Assembly: GCF_009914755.1 (NCBI RefSeq)
Contig: NC_060931.1
Length of the DNA: 64,000 nucleotides
Reading direction: 5' to 3' (one strand)
Source of the DNA: the human T2T-CHM13v2.0 reference genome, Homo sapiens
Shown here: positions 27,831-39,730 of the stretch, piece by piece
Layout of the letters: every line of letters begins with the position of its first letter
Position numbering within the stretch: the first letter of the stretch is position 1
Notes under the pieces: generated by a model
What the model was told of the DNA's origin: nothing
The model's database searches: none
The model's input: only the letters and a program-made list of their open reading frames with translations
Position numbers and translations under genes: made by a program

Positions 27831-30706
27831 CAGTTGCTCCACATTCTTACCCACATTTGGCACTGCCAATTTTTAATTTTTAAAAAAGTTTTCTGACAGT
27901 CTAGTAGTGCATCTCATTTGCACAAGCAGCATCTTACTTGCATAGTGGTTTTGATATGCATTTCTGTAATGAGTAAAGAAGTTGAACATCTTTTCATGTA
28001 TTTATTTACCATTGATATGACTCCTTTGGTAAGCTGAAAGAACTAGAAGCCAAATATATTTGTCATGTTAATAAAGGCAAACAATAAACTCACCTATTAA
28101 AACACTGAGATTGGATTAGAAAGCAAAATCCAACTACACATTGCATACAGTGAGACATACCTAAGACAAAGTACTGTAGAAAGCTTCAAAGTAGAATTAT
28201 GGGCAAAGATAATGCCACAGAAATGCAAATGAAAAAATGTGGACATCAATATTTATATTGGAAAAGGTTGAATTTATGGCAAAATACATGAAACAAGACC
28301 AAAACTGGAAGTACAGTGTAATAAAACCCAAAACCAAAATGCATAGCTGTTATGATTACAACAGACAATACAGCATCAACATTCATAGAGCGAACTCCTA
28401 GGAAAAAAATACAGAAAATCAGAAATAAAGTAGTAACTGAGACTGATTCACCTTTTTAAGCCCATGCTAGATCACGGGGCGGGCGGGTGGAGGAACAAAC
28501 CAACAACAACAAAAAAACCAACAACAACAAAATCAAAATCCCATAGAAGATTATCTTGTTACTTGGAGAATAATCAGCACTGGAAAGACTTTAAATTCTT
28601 CAACTTCAAAAAAGAGATTGAGATCTCAGAGTAAAGTTAAGAAATGGGGGTGAGAAGACAGACTGGGACTTTTATCAAACAGAAACTGCAAGGTAACATT
28701 AAGTATATTTTTATTAACAGAAACTACTTTTAACTAATCTATTTATAAAAGTGATCTAAAAATCAGTACTTAAATGTTGATAATTTGATGTTTTCTGATA
28801 AAATATTGTAATATATTGAAAGCTTACAGAGAAAACAATTTAGTATGTTTTACAAATGTATGCCCAGAACAGATGACCCAGACATGCATAGGAGGATGTC
28901 ATGTGGCAGAAGGTACATCTCAAATAATTAGAGAAGAATGTGTTTTTGTTCTCTTTCATCACATCTTCTTCTGGCTGGTTGGCCACTTGGGAAAAAAATA
29001 ATAACAGCAAAGCCAAGTCCCTGTAACTCATGGCTTACACTAAAATAAATGACAAGGAATCTAAGATTTTAAAAATTCATAAATTACCAGAAAAAAAAAA
29101 CAAAAAAATTAAAAATCTGAAACAAAGTCGGGTTCTTATATCACATTGTTCACCAAGATAACTCCAAGTGGATTAAAGACTTACATGTAGAAAAGAAAGC
29201 CATAAGAGTATTAGAAGGAACTATCAGTGCATTATCTATAAACTTATGTAAGGCTTTGCTATGACTTACAACATAGAGGCCATAAAAGAGCTAGACTACA
29301 TATAAACTTATAAAAACTTCTACAATAAAAAGGAAAGAAAAAAGATACACCAATGCAAAGACAAAAGATGAACCACAATTTCTATAGAAGATAAACAAGC
29401 AGTGAATCTTCCTATTTAGAAAAACATCCAACAACCTGATGGATAAATCCACAAAGTTTCTTAACAGTTCATAGAAACTGGTCCTTCAGTATACACATGC
29501 TGAACCTCATTCTCAGTAATAAAAATGCAGATCAAAATGAAACCAAATTCCCATTTGGTTTTATCTATCGGACTTCAAAAATTTAGAAGTATGAAAACTT
29601 TAGACAACACAAGGAGGAAACTGGAACACCTTCTATGGAAGGCAGTTTGGAAACTGGAACATCTTCTATGGAAGGCAATTTGGTAGCACTCAAATTTGTA
29701 AGTTAGTATTCTATTTGGACACCAACTCCCCTTCTAGAGAGTTACTCTATAGAAGGATATTCGAAACAGCTAAAAACAATGTTTCCTTATGGTGGGGAAA
29801 GGGCTGGAGGACAGCAGTGGTCACTGTGCATCTTATGCTTTTGAAATTTTATGCTCTTATACTTTTGATCACTTTTGAAACCACAGGCATGCATTTTCTA
29901 TTTATAAATAAAAAATAGAAAAAGAATCCCTACTTCTCTGACGAAGAAGCCCAGGCACGGGAAACTAGGAATGGGGTGCCCAGGACTGCTGGGTTGGGAG
30001 AGGGAGTTACTTCTCCATCCAGCAGGCGGAGCTGTAGGCTCCAGAGCTGTATGCAACGCAGGGTGCTAAGGACAGGTTTTAACTTCAGGTGGGATTGTGA
30101 TCTACTTCTGCAGGATGGCATTTCCTTTTGCATCTAGAGCATGAGGTGTCCTGTCACTGTGCCCTGGGGCTGCTGGTCCCCTTGGTGGCCTGGCTTTCCC
30201 TAAGGGCTGTGGCTAAGGTGGTTCTTAATGCTGAGGTTCCAAAGGCCTCATGAGACAGGCCAGGGGAGGAGATGGAGGAGGACCAATGCCCAGTGTCTCA
30301 GGACAATGTCTGACCCCACCTGATGTCACTGAGATTGTGCGTGGGCTCTGGGGAATCTGGAGGGCCTGGGACACACCTGGGGCCTCAGAGCCCAGGCTGA
30401 TGAGATGTGGAAGCCCAAGGGCTCTGGCAGAAGATCTCTCCTGCAGGCCATGTCGTGGGCATCAAGAGGAGACTCTGGGCAAGGCTCCCGAGGACCCCAG
30501 GGTGTTAGTGCCCGGCCTGCCCAACCCACAGGCCACCAGGACCAGGCCACAGCTTTGTGCCAGCTCAGGACAGGGCCAGGCCTAAGGCCAGTCCTCAACC
30601 AACCTCTTGCTCGGGCAGCCTTGAGGGCCCTTCCTTCCTACCCACCTGCCACCTCTTACTGTATTCAGCTAGATCTCATTCCCAGGCTGCACCCCTCCCC
30701 ACCTAC

Positions 30707-30724
30707 CTGCACCCCAGGCTCCAT
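30707..30724 (-). CDS. CCDC201: CCDC201 coding exon 1 (MEPGVQ)
   Basis: Minus strand reads agcaggATGGAGCCTGGGGTGCAG|gtaggt: strong Kozak context (A at -3, G at +4), in-frame upstream TGA at 30785-30787, consensus phase-0 donor. It joins in frame to the exon starting at 24209. Confidence 0.85.
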
Positions 30725-31206
30725 CCTGCTTTGCCTCTGGGGCTGGCTTCCAAGTGGGCAGTTGCAGCGCCCACCCTGTGGCCCTCAGCACCAAGAAATA
30801 CCTGCTGTGTCCCCACTTAGGCCCAGGTAGGTATGCAGGAGCCCACCCGAGCCAGAGTTAGCCTGACGGCCACGCCATTGCGCAGGTGTGGGGCAGGTTT
30901 CCCTCGCCCTCTAGGTCTTCCCCTTGTTGGTTTCTGTTGTGTGCACCTGAGCCTGTGGGAAGTGAAGGCTGGCTGGGCACTTGCGCCCCACCCCCCCACC
31001 CCCCAGCAACAAGCCACCTGTGCCAAATACTGTTTGATGTGCATCATAACCACCTACGGGAAAGGAGATTACCACCCCAACTCAATCCACAAGGCAACTG
31101 GAAAAAAAAAAAAACACGTTTCCATGTCAAGAAAAGAGGACCCACAACCACTGGACTACAAGGTATGTTTCTCTGCAGAAGACTCCTTACCAGTCAGTCC
31201 TTCATT

Positions 31207-31378
31207 GAGTGCTTCTGAAACTTGAGCTGCTCAGAACCTCCTGGAGGGCTTGTTAGAGCCCAGAGCGCTGGGCCAGCCCCAGTTCCTGATTGGGCAGGCC
31301 TGGGCAGGGACCCGTGATTGGTATCACCTAACGACTCCCAGGTGTTGCTCTGCTGCAGGTCCACTTAGGAACCACTGC
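31207..31378. mobile_element. MER5A-like hAT DNA transposon fossil just upstream of CCDC201 exon 1
   Basis: gcttctgaaacttgag...cagaacctcctggagggcttgtta...ctcccaggtg...ttaggaaccactg resembles MER5A. Confidence 0.65.
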
Positions 31379-34300
31379 ACGAATGAAAGGCAACACGTGC
31401 CACAGAGTAATGGTAAATTAATCTTTACCAATCTATACTAAAGCTGATCTATACTAATAGTAATCTCTAACCATGCCTTAACTTTTTTGGGGAATGAAAC
31501 TAAAAAGAGCAATTCAGAAGCTAGTAACGACTAGAATGATCTGTGGTAGTTTGTTCTTAGACATAATCTCAGTTTTCTAACAACCCCAAAGCAAAGTTTT
31601 TAGTGTGCCTATTTTATTTTATTATTCATTTACTTACTTTTTTTTTTTTTTTTTTTTTCAGACAGAATCTTGCTCTGTAACCCAGGCTAGAGTGCAATGT
31701 GATCTTGGCTTACTGTAACTTCTGCCTCCTGGGGTCAAAGGATCCTTCTGCTTCTGCCTCCCAAGTAGCTGGGACTACAGGTGCATGCCACCATGCCTGG
31801 CTAATTTTGGTACTTTTTTGTAGAGACAGGCTTTGCCATGTTGCCCAGGCTGGTCTCGAACTCTGCGTGATCTGCCCGCCTGGCCTCCCAAAGTGCCAGG
31901 ATTACAGGTGTGAGCCACCATGCACGGCCAGTAAGCCTGTTTTAATAAGGGAAAGACAGCCCATAGTTGTGGGGCAAATTGCTGGAGTTTACCTAGTGGT
32001 ATTTAGCAGAACCAAGACAAGAACCCAGGACCGTCTGACTCCAAAATAAGTGCTTTTTATCCCTTGCTACTCTGTATTGTTTTTCTGAACTTTGCCACTA
32101 AGTTGCCATGTGATTTTGGTGAATGAATGCTGTCACTGGCTCTCTCCTTTCTCTGTAAAATGAAGTGCTATGTGAGGGCTTTCCCAGCTCTGAAACATCT
32201 GCACATAGGAACCTAAATGAGGAGGCACGGCTGCAGAGCTAAGCGGCTCTCAGCACCCAGGCCTGTGTACAGCACGCAGAGCTGAGGCCTGCGGTGAATG
32301 CTCACCCTCACCCTCTGACTGTCCGCTTTCAGAACACTCAGTGGCAAGGGAGGTTGAGATCCCTGAATCCTGGGTTCTTCCTGAGGCTTCAGAGAGCACT
32401 AGAAAGGGTTTGTCAGAGAGCCATCCCAACTTGCCCTGGTTGGCGCAGAGCAACACAGCCGGGTGACTGGCTCCAGGTTCAAGTGCTGAGAGTGGCTCGA
32501 AATTCTTCTACCCTGGGGGTGGGGCTCTAGGGGTACAGCCTTTCTGGAGTGCAAGTTGGTGTGAATGTATGATACACTTAAAAGTATGGATGGCCTTGAA
32601 CCAGCAATTCCACTTGTATGAGTATGTCAGGAGATAATCAAACTGAGTCATTCCTTATTTCCTGTTACTGGTAGCCATGGAGTGTTATCTTTAAAAGCCC
32701 AAGTAGATGCAGTGTGCAAAGCCAGGAAAAGGACACTGATGAAATAAATTAGAATGAGTCTGAGGGAAGGAATACTTTGCAGCCAGTATGTGAGTATGAA
32801 CATGTGTATGTGCATGGATGTACACATGTGTGCATACACACACTACAGAGAAGATGTTTGTGATATATTAAAGGAGAAAAAAGCTATAGAATAGACAGTA
32901 TAGTGTGATCTCATTTTAAAAATGACACAGGGTTGGGAACAGTGGCTCACGCCTGTAATCCCAGCACTTTGGGAGGCTGAGACAAGTGGATCACCTAAGG
33001 TCAGGAGTTCAAGACCAGCCTGTCTAAAATGGTGAAACCCCATCTCTACTGAAAATACAAAAATTAGCCAGGCATGGTGGTGTGCACTTGTAGTCCCAGC
33101 TACTTGGGAGGCGGAGATACGAGAATTGCTTGAACCCGGGAGGAGGAGGCTTCAGTCAAAAAAAAAAAAAAAAAAAGAACAAAATTAACACAGGCACATA
33201 TGTACACACATATCCAAAAAGAGACACACAGAAATGGTAGCGTTTGTGACATCCAGATGGCAGGATGGTGGATAAACTTTAACATCACTTAATTGTTTCG
33301 CATTTTTTCTAAAAACAACACCTAATGAATAAGAGTGTTTGAAGGTAAAGCTCCCTTAGCACCGTCAATTCATTTTCCAGATGGGGAAACTGAGGGCAGC
33401 AGAAGGGAGAGGCTTGTGCAGAATACTGGAGTGAAGCAGCGGGGGCTGCTTGGTCCCGGTTCCCAGTTCCTGCTCAGGTCTCTCTTCCCTGCACTATGCC
33501 ACCTGGGCGTGACTGAGGACAGAGTGGTTTGTTCTTAGACTGGAGTCTTGAATTACTTTTGAAAGCACAAAAGTCTAAGTTCCCTGTCATAAGACCTTAA
33601 CAGTTCCAGGCAAGGATGAAACAGATGCACATGACAAGTATTTGTCAGAAGTACCACTTGGCCCCAGAATAGTGGCCTGCAGAGATGACCACGCCCTATT
33701 CCCCTGAACCTGTGAATCTGTTCTGTCACATGGGAAAAGAGACTTTGCTGATGGAATTAAGGGTCAGACCTTAAAACTGGGAGAGTATGCTGGGGAGTCA
33801 AGAGGACAGCAGAGTGTGTCCTGGTTAGAAGGGGTCAGAGGGCAGGAGAGAGGGGCAGACAGCATCAGAGAGCCATCAGGGTGAGGCCATGTTGAATCTT
33901 GTAGAGGACGAAGAAACCACAATGACTTTCCCAGAGGGCCCTCTTGAGCACAAGGAAGAAAACAGTAACTCAAATGACTACCATGACAACCCTCTTACCT
34001 GGTGAGGAACCCTGACCTCCTACAGTGTAATTATTTTCTATCACAAGGACTGATACAGAAAAATCTGATGTGGCAGGTGCTATTCCATTTGCCAATGGGA
34101 AAACTGAGGCACAGAGCTATCAGGCTACTTGCCCAAGATCACAGAGCTGCCAAGGACCTAGCCTGGACCCCATCTCATGTCCCAAAATGCAGCACAAAGC
34201 TGGCCAGGCCACCCCCAGGGCTTTCTGACTTCCAGGTCCCCAGAGTTGCCTCCTCACTCTAGGGTTGCCCTGACCTCTTGACTTAAGGGTTGCCCCAACC

Positions 34301-35121
34301 TCCTGAATCTCAGGTCTCTGTGACCTCCTGGCACATAGGTACACTGGTTTGGGCAGTGTAAGGATATTTTGTTTGTGTCTGTGAATAATATAATTGGGAA
34401 ATCAAAGTGTGTTTCCACACAGTGGTGTTAGCCTGGCACTGGGTGGCAGCCGTCAGGTGCTGTCATGGCCATCACTGGGCAGCAGCCAGGGGAGAAGCCA
34501 TGCATGTGCCTGCAAGCTCCTGGGTCCAAGCCTAGAGCCTGACACATTCTTTTCACTGGGTCCCAGGAAAGCTCTGCAGCACAGAATCCCAAACCTCTCA
34601 CTGCGCAGGACACACAGGCTCTGAATTCAGATGCGATCGAAGTCCAAGCTGCCAGTTTGGGTATGGCTGCTAGTCAGCCATGTTGAAACCCCATTAGGGT
34701 TACATACAGTGCTTGTGGAAGTGGTGGCAGGATGAGGTTCAGAGCCCAGCTCTTGTCATCTTGCTGACATGGGCCTTGGAGGGGACACATAGCCCTGGAC
34801 GATGAGAGCCCCTCACTGGGTCTTGTGATAAGGTGTAGAAAATCCTCAAGACAGTGTGTGGCATGTGGTAAACTCAACAACTTTTAGCACCTTCTCTCTC
34901 TACATCTTCTACCCACATTGTTACAGTCATGATTTTCCACCTGCATTTCCCTTCTCTGCCCCCATTTCCATTTCCATTGAATATATTTTTGTGGAAACTC
35001 CACCACAACAGATAACATGTTGTTTTCTACACAACCAGTGTGCTCTAGGTTTCTTTTGACCCCAGGATGTAAATAAGTGGTCAGTACTCTTTGTAAAGCA
35101 CCACAAGGCAGGGAAAACTAT

Positions 35122-37445
35122 TGTGTTAGTCTGTTCTCACACTGTTATAAAGAAATACCTGAAACTGGGTAATTTTTAAGAAAAGAGGTTTCATCAGCTC
35201 ACGTTTCTGAAAGCTGTACAGGATTCTGCTTCTGAGGTCATCTCAGGAAACTTACAATCACAGCAGAAGGCAAAGGGGAAGCAAGCACTACCTTCACATG
35301 GTGGAGCAGGAGAGAGAGAGGAAGAGGAGGTGCTATACACTTTCAAACAAGCAGTAGTAGGGGATGGTGCTAAACCATTAGAAACCACTCCCATGATCCA
35401 ATCACCTCCCATCAGGACCCTCCTTCAGCATTGGGAATTACAATTCAACAGGAGATTTGGGTGGGGACACAGAGCCAAACCATGTCATTCTGCTCCTGGC
35501 CCCTGTGAAATCTCATGCCCTTCTCACATTGCAAAATACAATCATTTCTTCTCAATAGTCCCCCAGAGTCTTAACTCATTACAGCATTAACTCAAAAGTC
35601 CAGGTCCAAAATCTCATCTGAGACAAAGAAAGTCCCTTTCACCTTGGGCCTGTAAAACCAAAATAAGTTAATTACTTCCAAGATACAATGGGGGTACAGG
35701 CATTGGAAAATGCTCCCATTTCAAAAGGGAGAAATTGGGACTTCAGGCCCCATGCAAGTCTGAAACCCAGCAGGGCAGTCATTAAATCTTAAAGCTCCAA
35801 AACAATCTCCTTTGACTTCACATCCAGGCCACAGTGATGCAAGGGGTGTTCTCCCAAGGCCTTGGCATCTCTTCCCCTGTGGGACTGCAGGGTTCAGCCC
35901 CATCAGCTTCTTTCAGAGGCTGGCATTGAGTGCCTGCAGCTTTTCCAGGTGCACAGTGCAAACTGTCAGTGGATCTATCATTCTGGAGTCTGGAGAATGG
36001 TGACCCTCTTCGCACAGCTCTACTGGGCAGTGCTCCAGTGGGCCCTCTGTGTGGGGTCTTCAGCCCCACATTTCACTTCCACACTGCCCTAATAAATGTT
36101 CTCCATGAAGGCTCTGCCCTTGTAGCAGACTTCTGCCTGGACATCCAGACATTTCCATACATCCTCTGAAATCTAGGCAGAGGCTCCTAAGCCTCAACTC
36201 TTGCCTCTGTGCACACACAGGCCCAACACCACGTGGAAGCCATCAAAACTTGGGGCTTACACCCTCTGAAGCAATGGCCTGAGCAGTACCTTGGCCACTT
36301 TTCACCATGGCTGGAGCTGGAGCAGCTGTAATACAGGGCACCATGTCCCAAGGCTGTATAGAGCAGCAGGGCCCTCAGCCTGGCCCACAAAGCCATTTGC
36401 CCCTCCTGGGCCTCTGGGCCTGTGTTGGGAGTGGCTGCCCCCCTAGGTCTCTGAAATGCCCTGGAGGCATTTTTCCCATTGTCTTGGCTATTAACGTTTG
36501 ATTCACCTTTACTTATGCAAATTTCTGCAGCTTTGAATTCCTCCCTAGACAATGGGTTTTTATTTTCTACTACATGGCTAGGCTGCAAATTTTCCAAACT
36601 TTTTCACTCTGCTTGTCTTTTAAAAATAATTTCCAGCTTCAGATAATCTCTTTGCACATGCATATGAGCTGATGCTATTAGAAGCAGCCAGGTCATGTCT
36701 TGAATGCTTTGCTGCTTAGAAATTTCTTCCAGCAGATACCTTAAATCATCTCTCTCAAGTTCAAAGTTTAACAGATCCCTTGAGCAGGGGCAAAATGTTG
36801 CTAGTCTCTGCTAAAGCATAGCAAGATTGACCTTTACTCCAATTCCAAATAAGTTCCTCATCTCCATCTGAGAACTCCTGAGCCTGGACTTAATTGTCCA
36901 TATCAGTATTAGCATTTTGGTCACAACTATCTGAAAAGTCTTTAGGAAGTTCTCAACTTTCCCTCATCTTCTGTTTTCTTCTGAGCCCTCCAAACTGTTC
37001 CAATCTCTGCCCCTTACCCAGTTCCAAAGTAGCTTCCACATTTTAAGGTATATTTATAACAATGCCTCACTCCTGGCACCAATTTTCTGCATTAGTTCAT
37101 TCTCATGCTGCTATAAAGAAATACCTGAAACTGGGTAATTTATAAAGAAAAGAGGTTTAATCTCTTCATGGTTCTGTGGGTTGAACAGGCTTCTGCTTCT
37201 GGCAAGACCTCAGGAAACTTACAATCATGGCAGAAGGCAAAGGAGAAGCAAGCACCATCTTCACGTGGCAGAGTGGTGGGGAGGAGGTGCTATACACTTT
37301 CAAACAAGCAGCATTAGGGGGATGGTGTTAAACAATTAGGAACTGCCCTCATGATCCAATCACATCGCACCAGGCCCCTCCTCCAACAGTGGGAATTATA
37401 ATTTGACATGAGATTTGGGTGGGGACACAGAGCCAAACCATATCA
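35122..37445 (-). mobile_element. Full-length MST-family MaLR provirus (LTR 37088-37445, internal 35488-37087, LTR 35122-35487)
   Basis: Two similar ~360-bp LTRs starting TGATATGGTTTGGCT/TGACATGGTTTGGCT on the minus strand, a MaLR internal region, and a perfect 5-bp TSD ACTAT at 35117-35121 and 37446-37450. Confidence 0.92.
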
Positions 37446-37472
37446 ACTATAAACTTCATTAATAATCAACTA

Positions 37473-37799
<327 letters not shown>

Positions 37800-38125
37800 T
37801 CACACACAAAAAAATAAAGTTACTGAATCTGCAAACATGATAACGTCAACATATAATACTGCTGATATTGAAGTGAAACTTATACTCTCATACATTGTTG
37901 TTGGCTGTTTAAACTGAGATGAAGAGGAGTTATTTTTTATTATTTTATTATTTTAAACTTGGAATTTTATCCTGAGAAAATATCATTAGGAAAGGAAAGG
38001 AAAGATTAAAATGATTGCAGCATTATTTGTAATGAAGAAAAGTTGGAAACAAACCACAGTCCAAGTCCCCCAAAAGTAACATGCTGTGGTTTTCATAAAC
38101 ACATGATCCTCATACGGTAACTCCA

Positions 38126-38342
38126 GTGATGGCACCCTGTGTGATATGCACACCATATGCGGGTGATGGCACCCCAGGTGATGGGCACACTGTATGCAGG
38201 TGATGGCCTGCCAGGTGATGGGCACACTGTATGCTGGTGATGGCACCCCAGGTGATGGGCACACTGTATGCAGGTGACAGCACCCCATGTGATGGGCACG
38301 TTATATGCAGGTGATGGTACCCCACGTGATGGGCACACTGTG
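38126..38342 (+). repeat. 37-bp minisatellite, ~6 copies
   Basis: Unit gtgatggcaccccaggtgatgggcacactgtatgcag, starting at 38126, 38163 and so on. Confidence 0.93.
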
Positions 38343-39573
38343 ACTTGGGGAATGAGACTCCCACTCTTTTTACCTCAGGGTCATTGCTGCCTGGCCATGT
38401 CGCAAAGTCCTGCAGAGCCAGGGTCACCTGTCCTTAGTGCTTGCCGCCGTGTTGTAATTGGCAGCCTTTGCTCCAACTCAGTGTGTGTAGCGAGTGCAGC
38501 AAGGGCCTGGGGACCTGAGGACAGTAATTTGACAGCTCCATCCTGGGGTGGGAGAGGTCCTGCTGCCCCTGTGGGGTGACCTATTATGGGCTGGGTGAGT
38601 GGCAGCCCTGGTGTTTGTGTTGGACTGATGGCCTCACAAGCACATTGAGGTTTCTTGCTGACAGAATCCCCATGGGGGTCATGGCATGAGTTCACGGGGC
38701 CAAACTGGTATGGGAATTTTCACCTCACCAAAGTGATGGACACTTCCCACCATCTAGTGAATTCAGGGTTAATCAAACAACACCACATCTAACGTAGTAC
38801 AGTCGTGACTTTCCTGAAGCCCATGCATGGTCCGGGTAAGTGTCATCTTCTACCAAATCATCTTAGTTTTTATATGGGTGGCGAAGATTCTTGGGGGAAT
38901 GAGATGCATGTGTCTCCTGGGAGTGAGCAATAGGGAGCTCTGGTGTCCTGGTGGCTCGTCCTCATTTCCCTCCACCACCCAGGCCCTCTCACCACCCAGC
39001 TGCAGCAATGATAGCTCTGCCTCTTTGTTTCTTCCCTCAAATGTGTCCATTACCCTAATCTCTCACTTCTTATGGAGTGGTTTTGTGCAAGTGCGGGCCC
39101 AGAAGTGCTTTGTGAACCCATGGCCTCAGACTTGAGCATGCAACAGATTCTCCTAGGCGGCTTGCCTAGTAACAGAGTGTGGGATGCGCCCCCAGAGGCC
39201 GGAGTCTGGGGTTGGTGTAGGGCCTGGGGATGGGCCTTTCTACTCATCTAGGTAGAAATGCCAATTAGTGAGTGACCGTGGTCTAACCCACCCCCCTTTA
39301 CCAGAGGTGAGAAATTAGGAGGGGTCTGTCACCTGAGCAGCCTTGATGCGGGGAGAGCATAACAGAATGAAGACGAAGAGCACCTGCCCTATGTTTGGCA
39401 CTTGATACCTGCCCTCTTTCACCCAACCCACTGCACCCTGAATGCAAATGCTTCGGGATGGCCTCGCTTCCATCGCCAACACTGAGATTCAGACCCTGGT
39501 CTTCTGACAGGGTCCCTTGGGCTTTGGCCTGGACACATCTGTGCTCCTCCTGTGTTTAGAAACTGGGTTTTGT

Positions 39574-39730
39574 TGACGTGACAAGAGCTAGGTGACTTTT
39601 CCACTTTGATTAGTGGGGAGTGTGGGCGAGAGCTATTTTTTCAAACTTTCCCATCAGTTTGCCAAGCAGTGTCCTTCATCAGCTTGGGAGATAAGGGCAG
39701 CACGTCGGGCCTTTGCACAGATTTACATCA
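39574..39730 (+). promoter_or_regulatory. IGFBP1 distal stress-response enhancer: UPRE/CRE-like TGACGTGA (39574-39581) and C/EBP-ATF4 composite ATTTACATCA (39721-39730)
   Basis: Motifs seen about 6.5-6.6 kb upstream of the IGFBP1 TSS, where I recall an ATF4-responsive IGFBP1 enhancer being described. Confidence 0.65.

Noticed and set aside
29616-29683. 33-bp tandem duplication (similar small ones at ~15110-15195 and ~19418-19455)
   Set aside because: Ordinary slippage duplications in decayed repeat or UTR sequence, with no functional signal.
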